In this document: piece after piece, positions 1-11,400 of the stretch
Layout: every line of letters begins with the position of its first letter
Numbering within the stretch: the stretch's first letter is position 1
From: Corallochytrium limacisporum Hawaii
Lineage: Eukaryota > Protista > Pluriformea
NCBI GenBank assembly: GCA_002811645.1
Contig: PDIP01000011.1
Span: forward strand, 190,435-254,434
DNA length: 64,000 nucleotides
Direction of reading: 5' to 3'
Notes under the pieces: generated by a model
Databases searched by the model: none
What the model was told of the DNA's origin: nothing
The model's input: the letters and a program-made list of their open reading frames with translations, nothing else
Translations under genes and position numbers: made by a program

Positions 1-2006
1 CGCTCGCGATTGTATCACCGCACTGAAGGACTGCGTTGCGTGTGTGTGAGATAGAAACCCCGTCATCACGGATCCGTATAAGGTGTTTTCATAGCCAATG
101 TACTTTGATGAACGGGGCAGGGCGGCAACCCCCAGCGGGAAAAAAATAAGAAAAAAAAACCTTGGGAGAAAATGGGAGAAAGTCGGACCAGACGGCCCCG
201 GCGCGCGGTTACGGAGGAGGAGCTTGTGCGAGGCGGGATAGAGCGACCGGGAAAGGCGCCCTCCCGGGGGGGGGAGGGGAAGGGACAGAAAGGCCATGGC
301 CAAAGCAAAGGTGGTTTTTTGGTGATCGGGTCCCGCCGGTTTTCTTATTTCCTTTTGTTCCGGTTTGGAATTTTTACCCCCTATTTTTTTTGTTGGTGGC
401 TCTAGGTGGTTCAGTGATAGTGGGCGCAAGCAGTTGGTTGAAGGGCAACCGAACGCACTAGCGGCAGGCGACCAGCAGCGAAAAAAAAAGTGGCTGATGG
501 TAGGAGCGAAATGGAAGAAAACGAATATAAGATATACCGTATATTTTATTTGATTAAATTTCCGGTTATTGTGTAATTTTATGTATTATCCGTATATAAT
601 ATACTCTCGAGCGACTGGAATCCCGAAATGCCAGTGGTTTTGCCCCTTTGGGGAGGGCCCTCCCCGGGCGGGAGGGGAGGGGGGGATGGGCTGTCTGATT
701 CTCCTCCCCTTTCCCAACCCTCTCGCTCTTGACCGTGAAATTTTCCTTCCCCTGCCTTTGCACCCGGTCCGTTGGAATGGGCTTTCCCTCCCTCCCTACC
801 TTTTCACCGGTATTCTTTCTAGTTTTCTTCCCCGGCCGAGATCACCCCCCCCCCTCATTTTTTTTTGTTTTGGCCCAATCCAATCTTTAGGTACCAAAAA
901 TAGGCCCCTGACTTAAAAATTAGGCCCCCTTCCGGATACTAACTTAGATTCCGTCGCACAAAGCACGCGAACTTCGGGTGGTATGGTGGGGAGGCCCTGA
1001 CCCCTTCTTCTCCGCCCTCCCTTCCCAGTTCCAAGTATGTGTCAGACGGGCGTGTAATTCGTCCCCATATTTTAGTTATATGCAGTCGGAAGGAAATAGG
1101 CCCCGAAACGAACCACCGGTGTTGCTCACAGTAGTGAATCTAGCGTAGGAAGGCAAACGGGTGGCGCACGTTTTTCGTCTGGTTTGCGAGATGTTACTGC
1201 CTTCTCTCCTCTCTTGTACGTTAGTGTGTCAGTTGTCCAAATCGAGGTCACCAATTTCCATAGCGAATATATGAAGAGAGAGTCATCGATTTTTCTGCTT
1301 TGTTTCATTTCGTCACTATCTCCGCAATCCCTACGAAGAGAGTCGATCCCGCTCCCTCTCTTGGACTGGCCGGAGTCTCTTTTCCTTCCACCCCCCCCAA
1401 CTGCCACCCAAACGTGAAGTACTTTCAGTACCGAACTGAGGGCTGCGGGAGAGAGCTACTTCCAATTTTCCTTCTGTCCTCCCCGACCCCCCCGCCATTT
1501 TCCGATGGTGCTGATGAGCGACGAACTGCGCAGAAAGAGACAGAGGGCGCGGACCCACGAGCAAGATGCCTCCTTCCACTGATAAGCGACGGGTACTCTA
1601 GTACGGAACCCGCGAAGGGTGAGGCGTGCAAAGGAGGGGGTCACCTCCTAGTGCCCACCCCACTTCCTGGACCCACGGAGAGGTTTGTAGAACTAGTCCG
1701 AAAGGGTCTCATGTAGGGTTGGAACGCTGTGCGGGTGTAGCTGCGCAATTGCTTCTAGCTTAGCAGGGTATATTAAGTGTCAATATAGTTCAGTTTCCTT
1801 GAAATATCAAAAGGATAATATTCTTTGGCAAGGTGGCCTCTTTTAGATCTTTTTGGTTGTTAGTTTATTATGTAGCATTGGGCCCAAGAAAATCAGAATT
1901 TGTATATTGGAAGACGTTTGGGTCCCGTTAGTTCAGCTTCGCGCCTTCTGCAGAAATCTATGAAAAGAGGCACAAGAAACTAGACACGTGAAGGTGGGAG
2001 TTTCCA

Positions 2007-3089
2007 ATGCATGATAGCCTTCTGTTTGACGGCACAATGGATATTGACGCGCCAGACGACCTCGTACAAGACCAGCAAAAGGAGATCCTGAGTCGCAAGC
2101 GGCGACCAGCGGAGCAAGCGTTTCAGGAAACCGTCATACCGGGACCACAGGATGACTCAGCAGCAGAAAATGGCAATGCTGACGGACCTGTGGCGAAGAA
2201 GATCTGCATCACGCGTTCGAACCTAACAGACGTGCCTGAATTTGTTCAGGCGTCGGGACCGGACACTGCTGTGCTGGATCTGCGGCTAAACTATATGCGC
2301 CATTTGTCGAACAGTGTCATGTCTAGCTTTCAAATGCTTCGAGTGCTAAACCTTGACGCAAATGAATTGCACGAGGTACCGGCAGCCGTGACAAGGATCT
2401 CCACGCTCGAGGAGCTGCACATGAACTCCAACCGGATCACAGACATCACGAACCTTCAACACAGCCACCGTCTGCGGATCCTTGGCCTGCGCTCCAACCG
2501 TATTGCTTGCATAACTGGACTTGCCAGTCTGACAAATTTGGAACAGTTGAGCCTGAGCAACAACCCGATTGCCATTGTCGACTGGCAGAATGGGTTGCCT
2601 CAGGGCGGCTTCCCAGCTCTCAAGTTCTTGGGCATCCTCGGCACCCGCCTCGACCCCGAAGAAATTTACGAGCTACTGGCCAAGACACCCGGATTAGAGG
2701 AGGTGTGGCTCTGTCCCACATTGCATTCCCCGGCCGCTGCTGTGCTGCACAATTCTGGGACGCAACAGAACAGCGGCATTGGCACCGGAGCGAACGCAAG
2801 TAACCCGCCGCCATTGGCCATTGCCGCGGGCCATCTGCAGAACCGTCTTCTGAACGACAACGAAGACGACGCCGTCATGTCCGACGGTGACAATACTGGG
2901 GCCCAAAAGCAAGGCGAGGCCACGTCCGAATCGACAGCGACTAGTGGCACTCCCTACTCAAGCCACGGCCTGGAGCCGCGGTTCGATCGCATTCTGCGCC
3001 TGGTTCCCCGTCTGGAGTGGATGGACGGCATCCACTTGGGCAGCAACTTTAAGGTCTGCCCTGAACATAACGATATGCAAACATCATAG
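2007..3089 (+). CDS. Leucine-rich repeat protein (SDS22-like LRRs, LRRcap), 360 aa
   Basis: About 6 LxxLxLxxNxL/I repeats (LDLRLNYM, LRVLNLDANEL, LEELHMNSNRI, LRILGLRSNRI, LEQLSLSNNPI); LRRcap-like RILRLVPRLEWMDG; basic RKRR..KK NLS-like segment. Confidence 0.85.
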   Translation: MHDSLLFDGTMDIDAPDDLVQDQQKEILSRKRRPAEQAFQETVIPGPQDDSAAENGNADGPVAKKICITRSNLTDVPEFVQASGPDTAVLDLRLNYMRHLSNSVMSSFQMLRVLNLDANELHEVPAAVTRISTLEELHMNSNRITDITNLQHSHRLRILGLRSNRIACITGLASLTNLEQLSLSNNPIAIVDWQNGLPQGGFPALKFLGILGTRLDPEEIYELLAKTPGLEEVWLCPTLHSPAAAVLHNSGTQQNSGIGTGANASNPPPLAIAAGHLQNRLLNDNEDDAVMSDGDNTGAQKQGEATSESTATSGTPYSSHGLEPRFDRILRLVPRLEWMDGIHLGSNFKVCPEHNDMQTS

Positions 3090-5543
3090 TAGACGCATAT
3101 TAAAACTCAAAAGAACCCAACGAAATACAAGAACACAAAACAGATTGAACCCATTGACCAAGTAGATGAAATGCATATGCTGTCCCCGATCCGATGCCCT
3201 GACCCCGCACTATCGGGCCCTGCCGGCGATTCCATGGGCATGTGATCTCCCGCCCTTTCGGCTTTCCAAACGCTCCGTTTCTTGAATATGTTTCGTACGT
3301 TTGTTATAGATAGTAAGGTTCGCAGAATGGATAAATTTCTACGGAAAATCGGGATTCCCTTTTTGGGCTCTAGAACGCGAGAAGGAAGGTCAGAAGCTGA
3401 GGTGGTGACCGATTTCTGATTTGCGCAATCTAATGCAAGTAGGGGATTTCTGTATACTTCAGCAAGTTATTCTCAATACTGTTTATACAAGGCGCTTGTT
3501 ACGGTTTTGAAATGAAAGACACCGGGACAGAGACAACCCGATGATTTTAGTTTATTTGTACAGTGCAACATTGTCGCTCCCCAAGAAATATAATATACCG
3601 ACTTTCTATAAAATAGTAAATTAGGCCCCCTTTCACCCGGTCAGTACTTTAACCCCTGACTCCACGTTGGCACTTGTAGCGTAAGGGTCTTGATGCTAAA
3701 AATAGCCAGTCGCCACACGAGATGCAAGAGCGGGAGACAGAGAGAGAGATTGGGTTTCACGTAAAAAGGGATAACAAGAAGTGAACACCAGATGAACGAT
3801 CAAAAAGGGAAGAATCGTGAAGCTTCCGCAAGTCTCTTTGCATTGTCATCCACATCCCTTGTGTCGCTCAGTGTGGCGGAACTGTAAGTGGTTGCTTACC
3901 ATCATGGAAAAGATGCTTACTCTGGTCAGCTGCTTGGGTGTTATCTCCTGAGAGCTCTCCGCCCCTGAAAGAAACGGCTTGTCTTGATGAAAGAATTCCT
4001 TTAGCTTTGGTAGCTCAGAAAACGGCCAATATGGCCCAATCCAAATCTCATCCATCCATCATCCCATTCACGTTTCCCAGTCCCTGGTGTTCCGCTCAAT
4101 TAAAGTTTAGTGCACCCTGCTGCTTCATGTTTCATCGCTTGTTTCTGACAACAGTGTTGCCACGGGAGAGAGGGTTTTGCATGGCATTTCCGGGCGTTTT
4201 ACTACGGCTCTCCTTGCCGCGTAAGTCGGACGGTGAAAAAGCCGCTAAGAAGCTGTCTCAGAGCAGAGGGGTGCGAGGAGGTGGCTATTATTAAACAGAA
4301 ACCACATGCATCAAACATGAATAAAGATCTCATACACCGCACCAACGAGTCCTCCAGCGACAAAGGCAAGAACAACCAGAGATGGTAACGACGAACTCAT
4401 CAACATCAATTTGCTCCTTCCGTCCGCAAAGCCCACATTCCGCAGAATTTAGAAAGTTCAACACGCAGCAGGAAATACTTACACCCGCGCTCACTCTCAC
4501 ACTTTTGCTTAGGGGTGAGGCCTCATGTAACACGGAATGATGGATGCTTCCTCCGTTAGCGTGGCACAGTAACCTGTTGTTCCCTCACAACCTCGTTCCG
4601 TTTAGTTCGACGGGAGACCGTTCGGATCAGAGCAACAACCCACACTGCCCCCACAGCGCACGGCTGAGCAGTTTGGAGAGTAGCGGGGACACGAAGAATT
4701 GAAGCGATGGACGGGCCACCGAATTCTCGTGTTTGAAGTCAAGGCCAGTACAATGCGATTCCTACCCCATGGCTTTCAGGTCTGCCGCACAACCACTGTG
4801 CGCGAGAGTGGGTCAGGTTCCAGGTTCTCTTGGCCACGTCTCTAACGGGTAAGCGCGGTAACAAAGAGCAGAAGTGTCCAGGAGCGGTGGACCTTCCGTG
4901 TCTTTTTTTAGCATCAGCGAGGGGTTGGTGGTGAACAAGGTCTTGCTGTTCCTTTTGCTGCGATCCAAAACTCTCCGAGATTTTCCCTCTTGCTGCTGTC
5001 CGCTTCCGGAGCTTTGTGTTTTCAATTTTTCAAACTCTTTCGGCTCATGTTGTGGAGCCCCGGAGTACATTTTCTTTTTCTTGAAGGTAGAGGAAAGGCA
5101 AGGGAAGGGGGGGGGGTGTCCCGGGCCGAACGACCAATTTGCCTTTAAAAAAAAAAATCTCGAATTGCCAATCCCCTGCGCAATCTTGGGCCACCATTTT
5201 TTTTTGGGGGGAGCGGGGCGGAGGACGAGGATAAAAGGGGGGAGGGGAACGGATGGAACCCCGATGGTGGAGGAGGCGGTGAACGGCGGAGGTTTGTGCA
5301 ACCCCAGTGGGTGGTATGTGCCCAAGAGCGGTCAGTTTCTTGTTTTGTTGTGTCCACCGGAACCATCAAAAAAAGGGTTCTCGGACCGAGAGCTGCACCA
5401 CCAGCAGCGCATCGCGGCCGGACGACACATAGGACTTCCCTTCCACCAAAGAGAAGACAACGAAGTGACTTTCGGAAACTGTGGGGAACTCGGCAGATGC
5501 TTCCTCTTGGCCACCTTTCACGTGCGTTAGGACCTTGGGTGGG

Positions 5544-5551
5544 TATAAATA
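5544..5551 (+). promoter_or_regulatory. Possible TATA box of MFE-2
   Basis: TATAAATA about 120 bp upstream of the ATG at 5671. Confidence 0.3.
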
Positions 5552-5670
5552 GAACCCAACTGATCGGTGGTGACAAGACACCCGAGTAGTCCCCTCTTCT
5601 ATGCTTCTCTTTGAGCGCACACCATAGACTCAAAGAGAGTTCAATCACATCAAATTACAAAACATAAGTC

Positions 5671-8319
5671 ATGTCTGAACTCCGTTTTGACGATCGCGTC
5701 GCAGTTGTGACCGGTGCCGGCGGTGGTCTGGGCCGTCAATACGCCCTGCTGCTGGCCAGCCGTGGTGCCAAGGTTGTAGTTAACGATCTCGGCGGTTCCT
5801 TCAAGGGCGAGGGCAAGTCTACCTCCGCTGCCGATAAGGTCGTAGAGGAGATCCGTGCCGCCGGTGGCACTGCCGTCGCCAACTACGACTCTGTTGAGAA
5901 CGGTGAAGCCGTTATCAAGACTGCCATTGATAACTATGGCCGAGTCGACATTCTCATCAACAACGCTGGTGTGCTCCGTGACCGCTCCATTGTCCGCACC
6001 TCCGACCTTGACTGGGATCTCGTACACAAAGTCCACCTTCGTGGATCCTTCATGTGCACTCGTGCCGCCTGGCCCCACATGAAGAAGCAGAAGTATGGCC
6101 GCATCATTATGACCGCCAGCGCTGCCGGTATCTACGGCAACTTCGGCCAGGCCAACTACTCTGCCGCCAAGCTTGGTCTGTATGCTTTGAGCCGCACCTG
6201 CTCTCTGGAGGGTGCCAAGGCTGGCATCAAGAGCAACACCATTGCCCCCATCGCCGCTAGCCGCATGACGGAGACTATTATGCCCCCGGACATGCTTGCC
6301 AAGCTTGACCCGGCTTACGTTGCTCCCGTCGTGGCCTACCTCTGCCACGAGAGCTGTGAGGAGAACGGTGGACTGTTCGAGACCGGTGCCGGATGGGCTT
6401 CAAAGCTGCGCTGGGAGCGCACTCAGGGTGCTGGCATGACCCAAGGCTCTGCTAAGCTGACCCCCGAGAACGTCCGCGATACCTGGTCTCGGGTCACCGA
6501 CTGGACCAACTCTGACAACCCCACTAGCGGTAACGATGGTATCAACAAGATGATGGCTAGCCTCGAGGCCGGTGGTTCTGCCCCTGCCGCGGCCGCCCCG
6601 CGCCCCACGCGCCAGCTTGGCAACCTGCCCAAGAGCAAGAACATCGACCCCAACCAGATGCTTGCCTACAACCCTGCTCCTAGCGTCTACCAGCTGGATG
6701 CTGGCAAGGCCATCCTCTACGCCCTCGGTGTTGGTGCCAAGGTTGGCGGTAAGGACGGATTTGATGACAACCGCTGGGTCTACGAAGGTTCTGACGCCTT
6801 TGCCGTGCTCCCCACTTTTGGTGTCATCCCCGCTGGTGACTCCCTGGAAGCCATCTTCTCCGGTGGTATGAAGGGTCTGGACATCAACCCCATGATGCTG
6901 CTGCACGGTGAGCAGTATCTTGAGCTGCACAAGCCTTTCCCCGTTGGTGGAAAGCTTATCAACAAGGCCTCTGTCGCCGATGTGATTGACAAGGGTAGCG
7001 GTGCCCTGATGCTCTTGAACGTGGATACCACCGATGAGAAGGGTGAGCCCGTGTGCCGCAACCAGTACTCTCTGTTCCTGCGCTCCTATGGTGGCTATGG
7101 TGGCCCCAAGACCAGCGACCAGGTGCTGGGCGAGAACGTCAAGACTCCCAGCCGCAAGCCCGACACTGTCTTGGAGGAGAAGACCCTCGAGCGCCAGGCT
7201 GCCATGTACCGTCTGAGCGGTGACCTGAACCCTCTGCACGTGGACCCCAACATGGCTGCTATGGGAGGCTTCAAGGAGCCTATCTTGCACGGTCTGTGCA
7301 CCTTCGGTATTGCCGGTCGCCACGTCATGAAGGCCTACTGTGATAACGACGTCAACCGTTTCAAGGCTGTAAAGGTCCGCTTTGTGAAGCCTGTCTTCCC
7401 CGGCGAGACTATCCGCACTGAGATGTGGAAGGAGGGTGACAAGGTCATTATGCAGTGCAAGGTTGTTGAGCGCAACGAGCTGGTCCTGGCTGGTGCCTAC
7501 GTCAAGATCGCTGGTGGTGCCGGTGGTGCGGCCCCCGCCGGTGGTGCTGCCCCTGCCGGTGGTGCCCCCAACAACGGCCTGAAGACCGATGCTCTGTTCC
7601 ACGAATTGAGCCAGATCGTCGCCATTGCCCCCGAACTGAAGGGTAAGGTTGGTGCTATCTTCCAAATCAATGTTACCAAGGGCGGTAAGCAGGCTGCTCA
7701 ATGGTCCGTTGACATGAAGGACAAGGGTGAGATCAAGCAGGGTGTGCACCCCAAGCCTGAGTGCACCATTACCACTGAGGACGATACGCTGATCGAAATG
7801 GCCGATGGCAAGATTGACGGCATGAAGGCTTTCATGAGCGGCAAGCTGAAGATCAAGGGCAACATGATGCTTGGTCAGAAGCTCACCCCTCTGTTTGAGG
7901 AAGCTCCTAAGTACCGCGAGATGCTGGCTAAGTCCGGTGGTGCTGCCCCCGCTCCTGCTGCCAGCTCCAGCGGCCCTGCACTGGCCTCTGATGCTATGTT
8001 CGAGCAGATTAAGGCTGCTGTGTCCACCAACCCCGGATTGGTCAAGCAGGTCAACGCCATCTTCCAGTGGAACATCACCAAGGGTGGCAAGCCCGCCAAA
8101 TCATGGATCGTGGACCTGAAGGCTGGCAACATTGAGGTTGGCAAGCACGCCAAGCCTGAGTGCACCTTGACCTTGGATGATGCCACCGTCCTGGAGCTGG
8201 CTAGCGGTAAGCTCGACCCCATGAAGGCCTTCATGGGCGGCAAGCTGAAGATCTCCGGTAACATGATGCTGGCCCAGAAGCTCCAGCCTCTGTTCGACGG
8301 CCTCAAGGCTAAGCTGTAA
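5671..8319 (+). CDS. HSD17B4: Peroxisomal multifunctional enzyme type 2 (D-bifunctional protein): SDR dehydrogenase + enoyl-CoA hydratase 2 + two SCP2 domains, PTS1 AKL
   Basis: TGAGGGLG, NNAG and YSAAK SDR motifs; hydratase-2 motif YRLSGDLNPLHVDP..ILHGLCT; two SCP2 blocks ending GKLKIxGNMML; C-terminal -AKL; strong codon bias. Confidence 0.97.
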   Translation: MSELRFDDRVAVVTGAGGGLGRQYALLLASRGAKVVVNDLGGSFKGEGKSTSAADKVVEEIRAAGGTAVANYDSVENGEAVIKTAIDNYGRVDILINNAGVLRDRSIVRTSDLDWDLVHKVHLRGSFMCTRAAWPHMKKQKYGRIIMTASAAGIYGNFGQANYSAAKLGLYALSRTCSLEGAKAGIKSNTIAPIAASRMTETIMPPDMLAKLDPAYVAPVVAYLCHESCEENGGLFETGAGWASKLRWERTQGAGMTQGSAKLTPENVRDTWSRVTDWTNSDNPTSGNDGINKMMASLEAGGSAPAAAAPRPTRQLGNLPKSKNIDPNQMLAYNPAPSVYQLDAGKAILYALGVGAKVGGKDGFDDNRWVYEGSDAFAVLPTFGVIPAGDSLEAIFSGGMKGLDINPMMLLHGEQYLELHKPFPVGGKLINKASVADVIDKGSGALMLLNVDTTDEKGEPVCRNQYSLFLRSYGGYGGPKTSDQVLGENVKTPSRKPDTVLEEKTLERQAAMYRLSGDLNPLHVDPNMAAMGGFKEPILHGLCTFGIAGRHVMKAYCDNDVNRFKAVKVRFVKPVFPGETIRTEMWKEGDKVIMQCKVVERNELVLAGAYVKIAGGAGGAAPAGGAAPAGGAPNNGLKTDALFHELSQIVAIAPELKGKVGAIFQINVTKGGKQAAQWSVDMKDKGEIKQGVHPKPECTITTEDDTLIEMADGKIDGMKAFMSGKLKIKGNMMLGQKLTPLFEEAPKYREMLAKSGGAAPAPAASSSGPALASDAMFEQIKAAVSTNPGLVKQVNAIFQWNITKGGKPAKSWIVDLKAGNIEVGKHAKPECTLTLDDATVLELASGKLDPMKAFMGGKLKISGNMMLAQKLQPLFDGLKAKL

Positions 8320-8467
8320 ACTGTTTGCTCAGCATTTCCCATCTTCATATCCCTTTTACCATTAGACACTTTGGACTATTACTCTAACACTATCCCTGTG
8401 GTCCAGTCTTGACTTTCTTGCAATATATGTAGATACATTGGTATATTATACACTAACTGATTACCCT

Positions 8468-11400
8468 TCACAGGTTGATCGCACGGGTCTGGTCCTCCAG
8501 AATTGAACGTACAAGGTGGAGGTTGATGGTCGTACGTTGGATGCGAGCGCATGTGGGCTTTCCTTTACCCTCACGCTTCTGCCAGAAGGAAAAATGATTG
8601 TGGTTGTTGATGTGGGCCTGCTTAGCGAGCAGTCCGATTGCATAGTTTCCAGTATCGCCTTTCAGCTCAAGCTTGTGCCCATAGATCCCATCGTCCAAGA
8701 TGACGCTGCACATGCTGTCCTTGTCAGCGGTCTCAAACTCGGTAACGTAGCCTGAGATCTTGTCCCACTGCACGGGCGGGTCCGATTTAGTCAGCAAGTC
8801 CACTGAAAACGCACGCAGCATGCCGCGCACAGTGACACTGGGGCGATCGAGGGCTTCCGTTTTTGCATACGTCGTCGATGGCGTCGCAAAAATGCGACCC
8901 ATTGCGAAACGGTGATCAAAGGGTCCCTGCCGAACATTACTCAGGCACACTGTGTTTCCTTCGCGTAGCAGGCCCGTTAGACCCATCACAGCCACAGGCC
9001 GGGGTAGTTGCACGTGGAGCAGGTTGCCCTCGCCGTCGATCAGAGTGAGTCGCTGGATGGAATCTCGAATTACAGGCAATTCAATACTCGCACTCGTATT
9101 CTCCCCCTTATTCCCATGTGAGCGTGTCGCCTTGCTCGTCTCTACGGGTCCCAGCCAGCACACGGTGCCGCTGACATTCACTGTCGCGGTCCGAGTTGCA
9201 CGGCTCACAGGCGCCATCATATTCTCAAACGGCGTCATCTGTACCGGGGGAACGGAACGCTCCAGTGGCAGAGAATGCGTGCTCTTGGCCCCGAATGACG
9301 CTATCTTCAACCGCGTCATGCTCGAGGCTCTCAGGGCGGTGATTTGTCCGCCGCTATCCCCTTCCAGTCCCGCCGGGTGTAGGTGGGTAATAACATACAG
9401 TCTGCCAAGCTTGGGCTTGAAGTCACTGTCGAGTCCCTTCATGGTCAGCTTGAGGGGGCTCCTTGGATCGTCAGGGTCGTCGCCTTCCAGCAAAATGTCG
9501 AAAGAGACTTGGGGAATCATTTTCGTTGTCGATGTAATCAGCTTGTAAGCTTCATGACTGATGCGGGCGCCCATGCTTGCATGCGTGCCGACGTTACCAC
9601 CAGCATCGGCTAAAGACATCAGGTGCTGGTAAGACCGCTCGCTTAGAGTGATCTTGTCCCCATTGGCCAACAGAAGCATGATTTCGACCGCATGCTGCCG
9701 CATTAGAAAACATCGTACGCGACTAATAAGCCCGCCTCCAGGCATGATTTGATGCTTTTTGGTAATGGTAACACCATGACTTTGATGAATACCAAGACGC
9801 ATATGCCACTGTACCCGGCGACTGCTGTTCCCAAAAATCCTCAAGTGTGCACCCCCGGGGACATCAAGGGCATCAAACTGTTGTTCTCCGCCCGCCACGA
9901 CGAGGTCCGATTGGCAGACAAATATCTTTGACCCAAGGCGCAGCTTACACTGCTTGAAGGCCCGAGACAATACTGAGTCAAACTTTGCAGGAATTGCGTA
10001 CCAGCCGTCACTCAACTCCACAACAATATTGCCCTCACTCTCCAATACTTTGCTTATGAAAAGAACCATCGGAACGGATGCTGGTACGTCACCCTCGCAG
10101 ATCTTTTTCACAGCACTTTTCTTAACACGCACCACCTCCACTTCGTACCGAATCCTCAATTGGTCCAAAACATTCGCTGGCTTGCATCTTTTAGCACCAA
10201 AGGCTCGGTCCATGCTCATGAGCTTCTGCACGATCCATTTGTAGTGATTTTTTGTCCACGCGTCCGTTACCAAGCTGGATATCACACGGCTGTCATTCAG
10301 CATCGCGTCACGCAACTCTTCCCAGCCGATGCGGTCATCCTCACCGGCTTTGATCCCAGCCCTCTTGGATTCAGTAGATGCTGGCATGCGGTGGTACAAT
10401 AGAGAAGCTGCCGCTAACAACTGTTCTTTAGGGGACGGGGTAATCAAGTCCATTGCCTTGAGTGGAACCCGCTCTACTGAGGGATAGTCCTGGGCTAGTT
10501 TGATAATGCTCTGAGCAATGCGAGCTGTGTTTGTGGAAGTAGGAGCACAAACCCTTCCTGACTTGATAGTCGCCGTCTGCGGTGTTGCGGCGGCTGTCGG
10601 CATCTTTGTACGCTGTTGCCGTTTGAAAGTTGAGCCACCTGACAAAGCTGTTCGTCGTACAGGTCGCGGCATGATTCCAGACCCGCCCTTGGTCTTCGCG
10701 CACCGGTTCATCATTGGTGTTACTGCACGCGTACCTCCGCCAGCTAACAAGGACGTTGGTCTTGTGGGCATGTTTGCATGAGGCAGCATAGGGGTTTTGG
10801 CCAGACTGGGTGATTTGAAGCCACTGCCGACCTTGCCAATGCCGGTGAAACCGGGAGTGTCAACGGAGAGGGAATTCCGATTGAGAATGGGTGTCTTTGG
10901 CTTCTTGCCCGAATCTTGCTTAAGGTCAGTACCCTCAATCTGATCCACTTCAGCCTTGGCAATCTTCATGAAGTCCTCCCCAACCTCTTCATTCGCCATG
11001 GCGGCAAAGCGAGCCATCGCAACCTGGGCTTTCTTGCTGAGATTTACACCCTTGCCGCTACCTGTCTGGAAGCCAACGCCACTATCATGAACAGTCTCTA
11101 TGAGCGCATTGCCATTACGTTCCGTGACCGGAGTCCTGCCCTCGCTGTCGACACCACTGTCCTTGTCACTTACAAAGTCCCTCGTAAGAGTGTGAACAGG
11201 AGCATGCATGTCTTGCTGTAGTTCCGCCATAACTCTTGCCGCCCGAGGATTGGTAACCTTGAACGAAACAGTCCTGTTGGAGGCCGTCGTGAAACTAGGC
11301 ATGGTCAGACCTTCGTTAGCAGGTTTAGCCATTGGTGTGCTGTTTTCAACTCCCGGCGACTTGAACCCTTTGTTGATGCCAGACACTGACACCGGAGTAT

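Noticed and set aside
5650-7749. Long antisense ORFs (232 and 449 aa) opposite MFE-2; similar ones opposite the acyltransferase (45847-46686) and CaMKI (56159-56854)
   Set aside because: Shadow ORFs expected from strong codon bias in the sense gene; no independent motifs
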